A stretch of DNA of 64,000 nucleotides from Dehalococcoidia bacterium (GCA_965247535.1 OZ252018.1:1013046-1077045); one strand, 5' to 3'. Numbered from the stretch's first letter, positions 19,208 through 28,523 are shown. Notes: generated by a model not told the origin, from the letters alone. Translations and numbers: made by a program.

Positions 19208-19426
19208 ATGCCTGGGGACATGATCAACATAGTGCAGCTGTGCAGAGAGTGCGGGTCCGAGGTGGGCAGCATCTCCGAGAAGAAGGAAAACATGATGCTG
19301 GCAACCATTGACCATGTGTGGTGTGAGCGCTGCAATGCGGTGATGCCGGCCTCCCGAGACGTTGCCGCACGGCTGAAGTCCATCGAGCGGGAGGTCGAGA
19401 CCTATCCGAGGCTGCTGCCTCAGTAG
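19208..19426 (+). CDS. Small zinc-ribbon protein (72 aa)
   Basis: MPGDMINIVQLCRECGSEV...HVWCERCNAVM has CxxC...CxxC. GGAGG lies 7 nt upstream of the ATG. Confidence 0.55.
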   Translation: MPGDMINIVQLCRECGSEVGSISEKKENMMLATIDHVWCERCNAVMPASRDVAARLKSIEREVETYPRLLPQ

Positions 19427-19575
19427 GCAAGGTCAAGCGCATGGACTAAGCCCGACGGGCACGTGAGGGTCGGGCAGTGGAAACTCGCTTGGCGGGAGGA
19501 CTGCTCACCGCTAGCCGGCGAGCGTTAATGGACCGCGGGCGGCCCTGACGCCGGAAGAGGCGCTTCGTGTGGCAA

Positions 19576-19604
19576 TTGCCCTGCCGAGGCTTCCGTGCTA
19601 TAGT
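19576..19604 (+). promoter_or_regulatory. Sigma70-type promoter upstream of the 84-aa ORF
   Basis: TTGCCC (19576-19581), a 17-nt spacer, then TATAGT (19599-19604) preceded by TGc (extended -10). Confidence 0.45.
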
Positions 19605-19639
19605 CGGCATACTCCCCGGTCGAAAGCGAGGCAGCCGCC

Positions 19640-19894
19640 ATGATGCCCAATGATCCCTTCCAGCATGACCGCATGGAGTACTGGGCCGAGCGGTCGACTC
19701 ACCACACTCGCCACGGCTACAGCACCGGACACCTCAGGGCCGCTGACAAGATGTGGGAGATCATGGAGGCCACCGTCAAATACCTGACACTTCCCATCTG
19801 GTGGCCCATTGTCCAGTGGAACAAGCGAAAGAAGCGCAGGAAGCAACCCGTGGACCCGTTTGCCACGGACATATACAGGCCGCCCTTCAAGTAG
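19640..19894 (+). CDS. Hypothetical small Trp/Lys-rich protein (84 aa)
   Basis: ORF with its own promoter-like element 35 nt upstream. No recognisable family (…LPIWWPIVQWNKRKKRRKQ…). Confidence 0.4.
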   Translation: MMPNDPFQHDRMEYWAERSTHHTRHGYSTGHLRAADKMWEIMEATVKYLTLPIWWPIVQWNKRKKRRKQPVDPFATDIYRPPFK

Positions 19895-19928
19895 TCGATC
19901 TCCACCTGCAGTATTCGTGCTGACGAGG

Positions 19929-20276
19929 CTAGCCCAGCGCCTCCTCCAGCGTCCTCTGCGACGCACCTATCACAAGCCTGCCATCCACGCTGACCAGCGG
20001 CCTTCTGATTAGCCGCGGCTCCTGGATCATCAGCTCTAGCATCCGGCCGTCGTCAAGTTCGGAGGCGGTCAGCCCGAGATCCTTGAACGATGGGCTGTTC
20101 CAGGCAAAGGCGTCTGAGACCCTGATGCCGCCCAGAAGGACCCTCAGCTCATCCGCGTCGAATCTGTCCTTGAAAAAGTCGCGTTCCTCAAATTCTATGT
20201 TATTCTCGTGGAGCCACGCTCGCACCCTTCGGCACGTGGATCAGCGGCTCCACCAGTACAGGGTCGCCTTGGTCAT
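19929..20276 (-). CDS. ArsC/Spx/YffB-family thioredoxin-fold protein with an in-frame TGA (predicted selenocysteine, UxxC redox motif)
   Basis: The track gives only 19929..20225 (98 aa, GTG start). Reading upstream in the same frame gives ATG(20276) ACC AAG GCG ACC CTG TAC TGG TGG AGC CGC TGA(20243-20241) TCC ACG TGC, i.e. MTKATLYWWSR-U-STCRRVRAWLHENNIEFEERDF. This aligns with the LYGIKNCDTCKKARRWL N-terminus of YffB/ArsC, with U at the catalytic Cys column. GGAGG lies 8 nt before the ATG. Confidence 0.75.
20210..20251 (-). other. Candidate bacterial SECIS-like hairpin enclosing or following the UGA
   Basis: mRNA GGAG-CCGCUGAU-CCACG-UGCCGAAGGGUGCGAG-CGUGG-CUCC. CCACG/CGUGG and GGAG/CUCC pair, the UGA sits in the 5' internal loop, and the apical region is G-rich (GAAGG). 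Folded by hand only. Confidence 0.45.
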
Positions 20277-20306
20277 CTTCAAGCCTCCGTCCTGAATTTG
20301 CGTCGA

Positions 20307-20336
20307 ATTATACCGGAAGCGTCGATTCTCCCGTAA
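20307..20336 (-). promoter_or_regulatory. Promoter of the selenoprotein candidate
   Basis: The minus strand reads TTACGG, an 18-nt spacer, then a perfect TATAAT (complement of 20307-20312). This is followed about 30 nt later by GGAGG and the ATG. Confidence 0.45.
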
Positions 20337-20340
20337 GCCT

Positions 20341-20907
20341 TCACAGCCGCCGAGCGGAGCACCGCGATTCCAGGAGCTCTCGGCGGCTGATCTCCAGCCG
20401 TAGCTCAACGCCCGGGTTCGGAAGCGCGGCCGTCCCGTCGCCGAGTCGAACTATCCTTGCCGACAGCCGTTCCGCATCCACTTCAATCACGCCGACGGTG
20501 CCCAGTCGCGTCGACAGGTGATGGGGCAGCGTGGGGCTGCCTGAGTTCGCATAGACCACTCCGTCGAGCAGGGCAAGCCGCTCGTAGTGGGTGTGCCCGC
20601 TGACCAGCACGTCCACCGGGGACTCAAACCGGATGCCGGAGGTGACGTCGTGGAGCATTCCGATTCGCCAACCCTCCACGTCCAGAGTGTGGGTTGGCTT
20701 GACTCGCGGGTCGTCCAGGTCGAAGTCGTTGTTGCCGAGGGCTGCCAGCACTGGCGCGATACTCTCAAGCCAGTCCAGCACACCGGACGTAACGATGTCG
20801 CCTGCGTGGAGAATCAGCTCCACGTCCCGGAAGGCAACAGCAACCTCCGGCCAGGGCTCGCGGATGGTGGACGGCAGGTGGGTGTCCGCAATCAGCCCTA
20901 TGCGCAT
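20341..20907 (-). CDS. Metallophosphoesterase, YfcE/MJ0936-like
   Basis: MRIGLIADTHLP, HAGDIV, GNND and SGHTH are the calcineurin-like phosphoesterase motifs. 188 aa. Confidence 0.85.
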   Translation of the reverse strand: MRIGLIADTHLPSTIREPWPEVAVAFRDVELILHAGDIVTSGVLDWLESIAPVLAALGNNDFDLDDPRVKPTHTLDVEGWRIGMLHDVTSGIRFESPVDVLVSGHTHYERLALLDGVVYANSGSPTLPHHLSTRLGTVGVIEVDAERLSARIVRLGDGTAALPNPGVELRLEISRRELLESRCSARRL

Positions 20908-20970
20908 GGCGTTGGCGCTTGAGGTGGCCTGAAGGCGCCGCCGTGTGCGAGGGCGGCCTGGCGCGCCGGG

Positions 20971-22140
20971 CTACTCCTGCGCCCGGTGTCCCTCCGCGAC
21001 CAGTCGTTCCAGGACCTCTGCCACCTTGTCCACCTCGCTGGCCGTGTTGAAGTAGTGTGTGCTGAAACGCACGCCGTCCGGGCCGTGGACGGTCCGCCCC
21101 ACGATGCTGAACCTGTTCTGCAACGCGGAGACGAGGTCCTCCGGCGGCCAGCCTTCAAGTCCGAGCGTGACCAGCCCGCACGCGGAATCCTGGTCCGTCG
21201 TGCTCAGCAGCTCACAGCCCTTGATCATGGTCGCGCGCTCGCGGAGCATGTTTCCCAGGCGCATGGCGTGCGCCTCGATGCGTTCGATGCCAATCTCCGA
21301 TACCAGCCGCAGGCTCTCGGTGAGGCCGGCTGCCAGGCCTGGGCTGTTGGAGACCAGCGAGAAGCGCCCCAATGCGCCGCGTCGGAACCCTTGCCGACCT
21401 GCCTCCAGCGCGTTGGTCGAAAACAGAGGCTCCAGCATTTCGCGCCGGTCCGGGTGAACGTACAGGGCGCCGGTGCCCACCGGTCCCATCGGCCACTTCT
21501 GGCCGGACATTGTGTAGAAGTCGCAGGCCAGGTCGGTGACGTTTACGGCGATCTGGCCGACGCTTTGCGCGCCGTCCACCAGCACTGGCACCCCGGCCGC
21601 GTGCGCCGCCGCCGTGATTTCACCGATGGGCAAGCGCAGGCCGCAGGTGAACTGAATGTGGCTTAGGCCCACCAGCTTCGTGCGTTCGGTGATCGCGGAC
21701 TTGACGAGGTCAAGCGCCTCTGCGGCCGTGGACATGGGCTGGATCGGCGCGGACGTCACGTTCACACCATTGCGTTCTGCCACGACCTTTGCGGGAGCCG
21801 TTAGCGCGGGGTGCTCGAGGTCGCAGATGAGCAGCTCGTCGCCCGGCTGCCAGTCCATGCCGTAGATGACTACGTTCACGCCCTCGCGAGTGCTGTGTGT
21901 GAGGATGACGTCGTCTTCGGAGGCGCCGAGCAGGCTGGCGGCGGCCGCAGTGGCCTCTCGATTCGCCTCCCGCGTGAGTTCGACCCCGCGGGCGCTTGCG
22001 GGTCCTATCATGGCCTCCTGCTCCAGCGTCTCCGCCACGCGGCGGAGCGCCGACGTGGGCGTTGGGCCGGCCCACCCGGTGTTCAGGTAGATTAGGTCGC
22101 GAGTGATCGGCAGGAGCTCCCTCAGCTGGTCAGTGTTCAT
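20971..22140 (-). CDS. Class-V aminotransferase-fold PLP enzyme (cysteine desulfurase / selenocysteine lyase / isopenicillin-N epimerase-like)
   Basis: I chose the start at ATG 22140 (MNTDQLRELLPITRDLIYLNTGWAGP). The PLP-lysine motif is SGQKW and the fold pattern is typical. The longer track ORF (to 22428) adds an implausible Arg/Ser-rich extension. Confidence 0.8.
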   Translation of the reverse strand: MNTDQLRELLPITRDLIYLNTGWAGPTPTSALRRVAETLEQEAMIGPASARGVELTREANREATAAAASLLGASEDDVILTHSTREGVNVVIYGMDWQPGDELLICDLEHPALTAPAKVVAERNGVNVTSAPIQPMSTAAEALDLVKSAITERTKLVGLSHIQFTCGLRLPIGEITAAAHAAGVPVLVDGAQSVGQIAVNVTDLACDFYTMSGQKWPMGPVGTGALYVHPDRREMLEPLFSTNALEAGRQGFRRGALGRFSLVSNSPGLAAGLTESLRLVSEIGIERIEAHAMRLGNMLRERATMIKGCELLSTTDQDSACGLVTLGLEGWPPEDLVSALQNRFSIVGRTVHGPDGVRFSTHYFNTASEVDKVAEVLERLVAEGHRAQE

Positions 22141-22313
22141 CTCTACCGTCCGAATAATTGAGTGCGCCGCTGCGGGGACCTTGACGCCGTGTGCGATGGC
22201 ACAAGCGGCGGTGGAAGCGGCAACCGCAGCCATTCTACCACGGAGCCGCCGGAGTGACCAATCGCCGGAGGGTGTGGATTGCCGGAGGGCGGGATAGCCG
22301 GTACACTCGCTGC

Positions 22314-23060
22314 GTGTTCCGGATACGTCACAACCTCCTCGCCGCAGAGTCGGCGGCGAGGCGCGGCCTCTTTCTGCTTGTGCTGACGGCGTTGACCGCG
22401 GGCTGTAGTGGGGATGAGCCGTCACCAACAGCGACGACCGCGGCCACGCCGACTGCCATGCCCGCGGCGACGGCTACTGCGGCCGCTCCTCAGACGCATA
22501 CCCCGTCGCCCTCGTCAACCCCACTAGCCACGCTGACGCCCGCGCCGACCGCGACCCCGACTCCTGCGCCTCCGCCGGCCGCCACTGCAACTGCGGCCTC
22601 CACGCCAACCACGACCGCAACGTCGACTCCAACAGCCACGCAGGGCGACCTCTCGCGGTTCGGGCCGCCGGACCCGGAGGCGGGAGCCGCGAGCGCGTCC
22701 GAGGCGCTGATAGCGGGGCAGGTCTTCCAGCTTGAGGTCGTAAGCACGCCTGCGGAGCGCGCCCGAGGCCTGATGGGCCAGCAGCGCATACCGGACGACT
22801 ACGCGATGCTGTTCGTGTTTGAATCCGAGCGCCGGCTCAGCTTCTGGATGAAGGGTACGCTCATTCCGCTGGACATCCTCTTCCTGGACTCGAATGGCAT
22901 GGTCGTGGACGTGCAGACGATGATCCCGCAACCCGGCGCGCCGGACAGCGAGCTGATCGTGTATACATCGGCTAGGCCGGCACGATACGCGATGGAGATG
23001 AACGCGGGACTGGCTGAGGCGCTCGGCGTGGTGCCCGGAGCGGCAGTGCTCTTCGACTAG
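22314..23060 (+). CDS. DUF192-family lipoprotein with a long Thr/Pro/Ala linker
   Basis: C-terminal FQLEVVSTPAERARGLMGQ...MLFVFE...FWMKGTLIPLDILFLDSNG is the DUF192 pattern. The lipobox is LTALTAGC. About 75 aa form a TPA-rich low-complexity region. A GTG start at 22314 is assumed. Confidence 0.7.
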   Translation: MFRIRHNLLAAESAARRGLFLLVLTALTAGCSGDEPSPTATTAATPTAMPAATATAAAPQTHTPSPSSTPLATLTPAPTATPTPAPPPAATATAASTPTTTATSTPTATQGDLSRFGPPDPEAGAASASEALIAGQVFQLEVVSTPAERARGLMGQQRIPDDYAMLFVFESERRLSFWMKGTLIPLDILFLDSNGMVVDVQTMIPQPGAPDSELIVYTSARPARYAMEMNAGLAEALGVVPGAAVLFD

Positions 23061-23100
23061 AGTCTGGAATTCTTCCGTCCATTTGTGCTAGAATCGCCAC

Positions 23101-26100
23101 ATGTCCTTGACAGAGCTTCACCCCCTGGTACGTGACTGGTTCCTGTCCCGCTTCGACGCGCCCACGGAGGCGCAGTGCCTCGGCTGGCCGGCCATCGCAC
23201 GGGGCCGCCACACGCTCATAGCCGCCCCCACCGGCTCCGGCAAGACGCTGGCTGCATTCCTGATGTGCATCGACGGGCTGGTGCGCCGCGCCCTCACGGG
23301 CGACCTCCCGGACACGACGCAGGTGGTCTACGTTTCGCCGCTCAAGGCCCTTTCGAACGACATACGCAAGAACCTGGAGGCCCCTCTCAGCGAGATTCAG
23401 GCGCTTGCCCTGGAGCGGGGCCTGATCCTCCCTGAAATACGGGCCACCGTCCGCACCGGCGACACCCCGGCCTACGAGCGGCAGAAGATGGCAAAGCAGC
23501 CACCCCACATCCTGATCACCACGCCGGAGTCTCTGTACATACTGCTCACGTCGGAGAGCGGGCGCAGGGGGCTGAAGGGCGTGCAAACGCTGATACTCGA
23601 CGAGATTCACGCTGTGGCCGACGACAAGCGCGGCTCCCATCTGGCACTCTCCGTGGAGAGACTGTGCGCCCTTACCGACGCTCCGATTACCCGCGTCGGC
23701 CTGTCCGCGACACAGCGGCCAATCGAAGAGATGGCCCGCTTCCTGGTCGGCAACGCCCACATCGACGGGGACGGCACTCCGAACTGCCTGGTCGTTGACA
23801 CCGGCCACGCCCGCAAGATCGACCTGGCGATCCGGCTGCCCAAGCGTGAGCTCGGCCCAATCGCCAGCCACGAGCAGTGGGGCGAGACGCTGGACGACGT
23901 GGCGGAACTGGTGCAGGCCCACGACACGACACTGGTGTTCGTCAACACCCGCAGGCTGGTCGAGAGACTGTCGCACCAGCTTTCTGAGCGGCTTGGTGAG
24001 AGCGCGGTCGTGGCGCATCACGGCAGCCTCTCCCGCGCTACGCGGCTGGCTGCTGAGGACAAGCTCAAGCGGGGAGAGGTGAAGGTGTGCGTGGCGACCG
24101 CCTCACTGGAGCTTGGCATAGACATAGGCGACGTTGACCTGGTGTGCCAGATAGGCTCGCCTCGCTCAATAGGGCTGCTGCTTCAGCGTATAGGGCGTTC
24201 TGGCCACAGCCTGGGCGGTGTGCCCAAGGGCCGTCTCTTCCCCATGACCCGCGACGAGCTGGTGGAGTGTACTGCGCTGCTCAGGGCCGTTCGCAGGGGA
24301 GAGTTGGACACACTTCGAATACCACCCTGGCCTCTGGACGTCATGGCGCAGCAGATGGTGGCAGCCTGTGCGGTGGAAGAGTGGAGCGAGGACGCGCTGT
24401 TCGACCTGTGCAGGCAGGCATACCCGTACCGCTACCTGAGCCGTGAAAAGTTCGATCAGATAACGCAGGTGCTGTCCGAGGGATTCACCTCGCGGCGCGG
24501 CGGCGGCGGCGCATACCTCCACCGCGACGGCGTGCACGGCCGTCTCACCGGGCGACGGGGCGCGCGAATCGCCGCCATGACCGGCGGAGGAGCCATCCCC
24601 GACAACGCCGACTACGACGTCATTGCCGAGCCGGAGAATGTCTTCGTGGGCACCGTCAACGAGGACTTTGCCATCGAGAGCATGGCGGGAGACGTGTTCC
24701 TGCTCGGCAACAGCCCGTGGAAGATTCGGCGAATCGAGAGCGGGCGGGTCAGGGTGGAAGATGCACAAGGACTCGCGCCCAGCATACCCTTCTGGCTCGG
24801 AGAGGCGCCCGGCCGGACGTGGGAGCTCTCGCAGGAGGTGACGGAGCTGCGGGAGGCGATGTCGCAGCGCCTGGAGCGCCGGCAAACCGCCGTGCGTTGG
24901 GTGATGGACGAGGCCGGCGTGGACAACGAGGTCGCGGGGCAGCTCGTGGCCTACATGGCGGAGGGTGTTCGTGTGCTGGGCATGGTGCCCACGGCACGGC
25001 GCGTGGTCGCGGAGCGGTTCTTCGACGAAAGTGGCGGCATGCAGCTTGTGATCCACGCCCCGTTCGGCTCGCGCATAAACCGAGCGTGGGGCATGGCGCT
25101 GCGAAAGAAGATCTGCCGCACGTTCGACTTTGAGCTTCAGGCCGCCGCCACCGATGACGGAGTGAATTTCTCGCTGGGGCCTTCGCAGTCCTTCCCTCTG
25201 GAGGATGTGTTCAGGTATATACGCTCGGCCAACGCCGAGGAGGTGCTGCTTCAGGCGGTGCTGCAGGCGCCTCTATTCGGGACGCGATGGCGATGGGATG
25301 CAACGCGCGCCCTGGCCGTCATGCGATTTGCCGGCGGTCGCAAGGTGCCGGCTCAGCTCCTGCGGATGCGCTCCGACGACCTGCTGGCCGCCGTGTTCCC
25401 TGAGCAGGTTGCCTGCCAGGACAACGCCATGCCCGGCGACATCGAGGTTCCCGACCATCCGCTGGTGTTCGAGACAGTTCGCGACTGCCTCACGGAGGCA
25501 ATGGACGTGGACGGGCTGAAGGCGGTGCTCGCCTCGATAGAGTCGGGCGAAATCGAGGTATTTGCCCGCGACACCGTGCAGCCCTCGGTCTTTGCCCACC
25601 AGCTTCTGAACACCATGCCATACGCCTTCCTCGACGACGCACCGCTGGAGGAGCGCCGCGCCCGCGCTGTGCCCCTGCGCCGGGCTCTCCCGGACGCCCG
25701 TGACCTGACTGCGCTGGACCCCGATGCCATCCGGCTGGAGTCGGAGCACGCCTGGCCTCTGGTGCGCGACGCTGCTGAGCTTCACGACGCGCTCCTTGTT
25801 CTGGGCGTGCTGCCTCTTGCAGCCCGGTGGCCTGAGTGGAGCGCGCCCGCGGAGTCGCGGGAGGTGTGGTACCGCGCCCTTGTGGATGACGGCCTTGCGT
25901 ACCTGCTGCATCGCGGAGGCGTTCCCTTCGCGTGGGTTGCCGCCGAGCGTGTCTCCATGGCGCTGACCGTGTACCCGGACGCGACGCTGGAGCCTGCATT
26001 CGCTGGGCCGGCCGCGGCCGAGGTGGAGCGCGAGGAGGCGGTCGTGGAGGTACTGCGAGGCTGGGTGGAGTGCGGCGGGCCGTTCACCGCCGGCGAGATG

Positions 26101-27387
26101 GCAGACGGACTGGGACTCTCTCGGTCGGACGTGGCGATAGCCGTGGCCCGGCTCGAGGCCCAAGGTCAGCTTCTAGGGGGCAGGTTCCGCCCCGGCGTCG
26201 TCGAGGAGGAGATGTGCGACAGACGCGTGCTGGCGCGCATCCATCACGCCACCATCGGGCGCCTCCGCAGGGAGGTGGAGCCGGTCTCGCCCGCCGTCTT
26301 CATGCGTTTCCTGCTGCGCTGGCAGCACGTGCTCCCGCACCAACGTCTTCACGCTGAGGACGGGGTGCTGGAGGCCATCGAGCAGCTGCAGGGGTTCGAG
26401 GCCGCCGCGGGCGCGTGGGAGGCGGAGATCCTGCCCATGCGCGTGGCAAACTACAGCCCTGAGCTGTTGGACAGGCTGTGCTGGGAAGGTGAGGTGACTT
26501 GGGGTCGGCTGAGCCGTTCCAACGGAAACGGAAGCTCAACATCGGGACGCGGCTCGCTGACCAGAGCAACGCCCATAACCCTCGCGCTGCGTGAGTCACT
26601 CGACTGGCTGCTGGAGCAGACTCTCTCGGACGACTCTCATCTCTCGGGCGGCTGCCGCGAGGTACTTGAGCTTCTCACCCGACGTGGCGCGTCATTTACG
26701 GCCGACATAATCGCCGCCACTCGCCGGCTGCCGTCCGACGTAGAGGACATCCTGTGGCAGCTGGCTGCCGCCGGCCGCGTCACCTCAGACGGCATGGAGG
26801 CGTTGAGGCGGCGCGTGCGAGGCAGCGACTCGGCCGCTCCCGCCCGCCGGTCCACCCGGTCGAAACGGGCTGCTCCACGTCGCAGGGGCGGATTCAGCCG
26901 GTGGTCGGCTCTCGAGACCCTGCGGCCTCCCGACGACCTGACAGAGGAGCGCGCCCGGCAGCTTCTGGCCCGGTATGGCGTACTCTTCCCGGAGCTGCTG
27001 GCGAGGGAGTCGTCCGCGGCGCCGTGGCGCGAGCTGGTCCGCCTCTTGAGGCGAATGGAGGCGCGTGGCGAGATTCGCGGAGGGCGGTTCGTGTCGGGCT
27101 TCGTGGGCGAGCAGTTCGCGCTGCCGGAGGCGGTTGCGCTGCTGAGAAGCCTTCGACACGCTGAGGCCGAAGGCGAGATTGTGACGCTGTCCGCGGTGGA
27201 CCCGCTGAACCTGGTGGGGATCCTCTCGCCGGGCGAGCGCGTGCCGGCCCTTCCGGGCAACCGAGTAACGTACCGCGACGGCGTGCCGGTCAGGTCCGTG
27301 GACGGCGGCGAGGTGGAAGCGCAAATTGACTCCTCTCAAGATGGCCCCGACGCGCCTGTAGAGGTAGGGGTGGTACGTCCGGTTTAG
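23101..27387 (+). CDS. lhr: Lhr-family large ATP-dependent DNA helicase
   Basis: 1428 aa. Walker A APTGSGKTLAAF, DEIH box, SAT-like and HHGSLS motifs, then the long Lhr-type C-terminal extension. Confidence 0.9.
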   Translation: MSLTELHPLVRDWFLSRFDAPTEAQCLGWPAIARGRHTLIAAPTGSGKTLAAFLMCIDGLVRRALTGDLPDTTQVVYVSPLKALSNDIRKNLEAPLSEIQALALERGLILPEIRATVRTGDTPAYERQKMAKQPPHILITTPESLYILLTSESGRRGLKGVQTLILDEIHAVADDKRGSHLALSVERLCALTDAPITRVGLSATQRPIEEMARFLVGNAHIDGDGTPNCLVVDTGHARKIDLAIRLPKRELGPIASHEQWGETLDDVAELVQAHDTTLVFVNTRRLVERLSHQLSERLGESAVVAHHGSLSRATRLAAEDKLKRGEVKVCVATASLELGIDIGDVDLVCQIGSPRSIGLLLQRIGRSGHSLGGVPKGRLFPMTRDELVECTALLRAVRRGELDTLRIPPWPLDVMAQQMVAACAVEEWSEDALFDLCRQAYPYRYLSREKFDQITQVLSEGFTSRRGGGGAYLHRDGVHGRLTGRRGARIAAMTGGGAIPDNADYDVIAEPENVFVGTVNEDFAIESMAGDVFLLGNSPWKIRRIESGRVRVEDAQGLAPSIPFWLGEAPGRTWELSQEVTELREAMSQRLERRQTAVRWVMDEAGVDNEVAGQLVAYMAEGVRVLGMVPTARRVVAERFFDESGGMQLVIHAPFGSRINRAWGMALRKKICRTFDFELQAAATDDGVNFSLGPSQSFPLEDVFRYIRSANAEEVLLQAVLQAPLFGTRWRWDATRALAVMRFAGGRKVPAQLLRMRSDDLLAAVFPEQVACQDNAMPGDIEVPDHPLVFETVRDCLTEAMDVDGLKAVLASIESGEIEVFARDTVQPSVFAHQLLNTMPYAFLDDAPLEERRARAVPLRRALPDARDLTALDPDAIRLESEHAWPLVRDAAELHDALLVLGVLPLAARWPEWSAPAESREVWYRALVDDGLAYLLHRGGVPFAWVAAERVSMALTVYPDATLEPAFAGPAAAEVEREEAVVEVLRGWVECGGPFTAGEMADGLGLSRSDVAIAVARLEAQGQLLGGRFRPGVVEEEMCDRRVLARIHHATIGRLRREVEPVSPAVFMRFLLRWQHVLPHQRLHAEDGVLEAIEQLQGFEAAAGAWEAEILPMRVANYSPELLDRLCWEGEVTWGRLSRSNGNGSSTSGRGSLTRATPITLALRESLDWLLEQTLSDDSHLSGGCREVLELLTRRGASFTADIIAATRRLPSDVEDILWQLAAAGRVTSDGMEALRRRVRGSDSAAPARRSTRSKRAAPRRRGGFSRWSALETLRPPDDLTEERARQLLARYGVLFPELLARESSAAPWRELVRLLRRMEARGEIRGGRFVSGFVGEQFALPEAVALLRSLRHAEAEGEIVTLSAVDPLNLVGILSPGERVPALPGNRVTYRDGVPVRSVDGGEVEAQIDSSQDGPDAPVEVGVVRPV

Positions 27388-27474
27388 CTGGAGTCTGTAC
27401 GGGACTCAGCAGGTGTCCTGCCCCCTTGCCGTCATTGCGAGCGACTATTTCCACGGTTAGGAGTCCTTAGCTGC

Positions 27475-28035
27475 CTATCCGGCGCGGTCGTAAGAGGCTT
27501 GGATCCACGCCGCAACGTCGGCGTCGACTTCGTCCGGACTCGCAATGTCGACGCCGTGCGTACACATCCCGCTCGTCGAAACTACTCGGGGGTCTTCAGG
27601 CGTAGCGCCGAGGTTCAGTCCCAGCTGTATGCGCTTCGCGGAGGGCGCCTGAATGAGCGCAAACTGCTTCTTTCTGCGAAAGCTCACGCCGGTTTTCTGG
27701 ACCACTGTCACAACATCGGGCCCAATGCTTTCGGCAACTGCCGAAAGTGCGTGGTAGGTTGGGAGCAGCGCCGCCTTGGAGCCTGAGTACTGAGCGGCCA
27801 ACTGGTCCTCCGGAGCCATTGGCCCGCCCGCGAGCCGTTCGCGAACCACCTGAGCGAGCAGGTTGGCGTTCCCGTGGGTGAGACCGTGAGTGGTCTTGAG
27901 AAACGCGACGACCTCGGAATGACGCTCGATTCCATTCCGCCCGATCTCGTCTGCCACCTCGGCAGCCGTCTTCCCCAGGGCTTCCTCGATGCGCCGAAGC
28001 TGGACCTCCGCCTGTGCTCTTGGGTCCGTTGACAT
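27475..28035 (-). CDS. DUF4287/DUF5655-type protein
   Basis: 186 aa. The N-terminal ...IEEALGKTAAEVADEI...FLKTTHGLTHGNANLLAQ pattern is as I remember for DUF4287. Function unknown. Confidence 0.55.
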   Translation of the reverse strand: MSTDPRAQAEVQLRRIEEALGKTAAEVADEIGRNGIERHSEVVAFLKTTHGLTHGNANLLAQVVRERLAGGPMAPEDQLAAQYSGSKAALLPTYHALSAVAESIGPDVVTVVQKTGVSFRRKKQFALIQAPSAKRIQLGLNLGATPEDPRVVSTSGMCTHGVDIASPDEVDADVAAWIQASYDRAG

Positions 28036-28493
28036 GCCTGAGCCTCCAAATGTGCTAGAGATGTTCCCGTCCGTCTACAACAAAGAGAGCGCGGCGCAGG
28101 CGTCGGCCCGTCGTCACGGCAAGTCCGGGCCCTGCGGCCTGCGACTACTCAGCGCCCAATCCGGAATGTCCCCGATTGGCAGTCTTCGATCTCGGAGCGC
28201 AGTAAGAGCGAGACGTTAGAATGATATTCAGGACTTGCGAAGAACGTCAAGCGCTCGTCTATTCAATGGGGTATGCATTTGCAGTCGTAGACCACTTGAC
28301 TAGGCCAGAACCAGTCGGGCGGCGCAATTGAGGATATCCGGCTGAACCGGAGCGGTGCGGGAAGTCAACCATGACCTCTCGCTGCCTCCAGAGTCAGCCG
28401 CGCGCAATTTCTGTCGATCCCAGTGACAACCGAGCATTGGGGGTGCACGAGCTCTTAATTGGCGGCTCCGAGGGCCGCGGCCTGCGCCACGAA

Positions 28494-28523
28494 TTGACAC
28501 CTGAATTGGCGTGGTGCTATATT
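28494..28523 (+). promoter_or_regulatory. Sigma70-type promoter for the CoA-transferase pair
   Basis: TTGACA (28494-28499), an 18-nt spacer, then TGcTATATT (-10 at 28518-28523). This is about 108 nt upstream of ATG 28632. Confidence 0.5.

Noticed and set aside
20241-20243. Alternative explanation that TGA is globally reassigned (for example to Gly or Trp) in this organism.
   Set aside because: TGA terminates several well-defined genes in the window, including the ATGA/GTGA overlaps at 9269-9272, 10231-10234, 11670-11673, 32936-32939 and 47747-47750.
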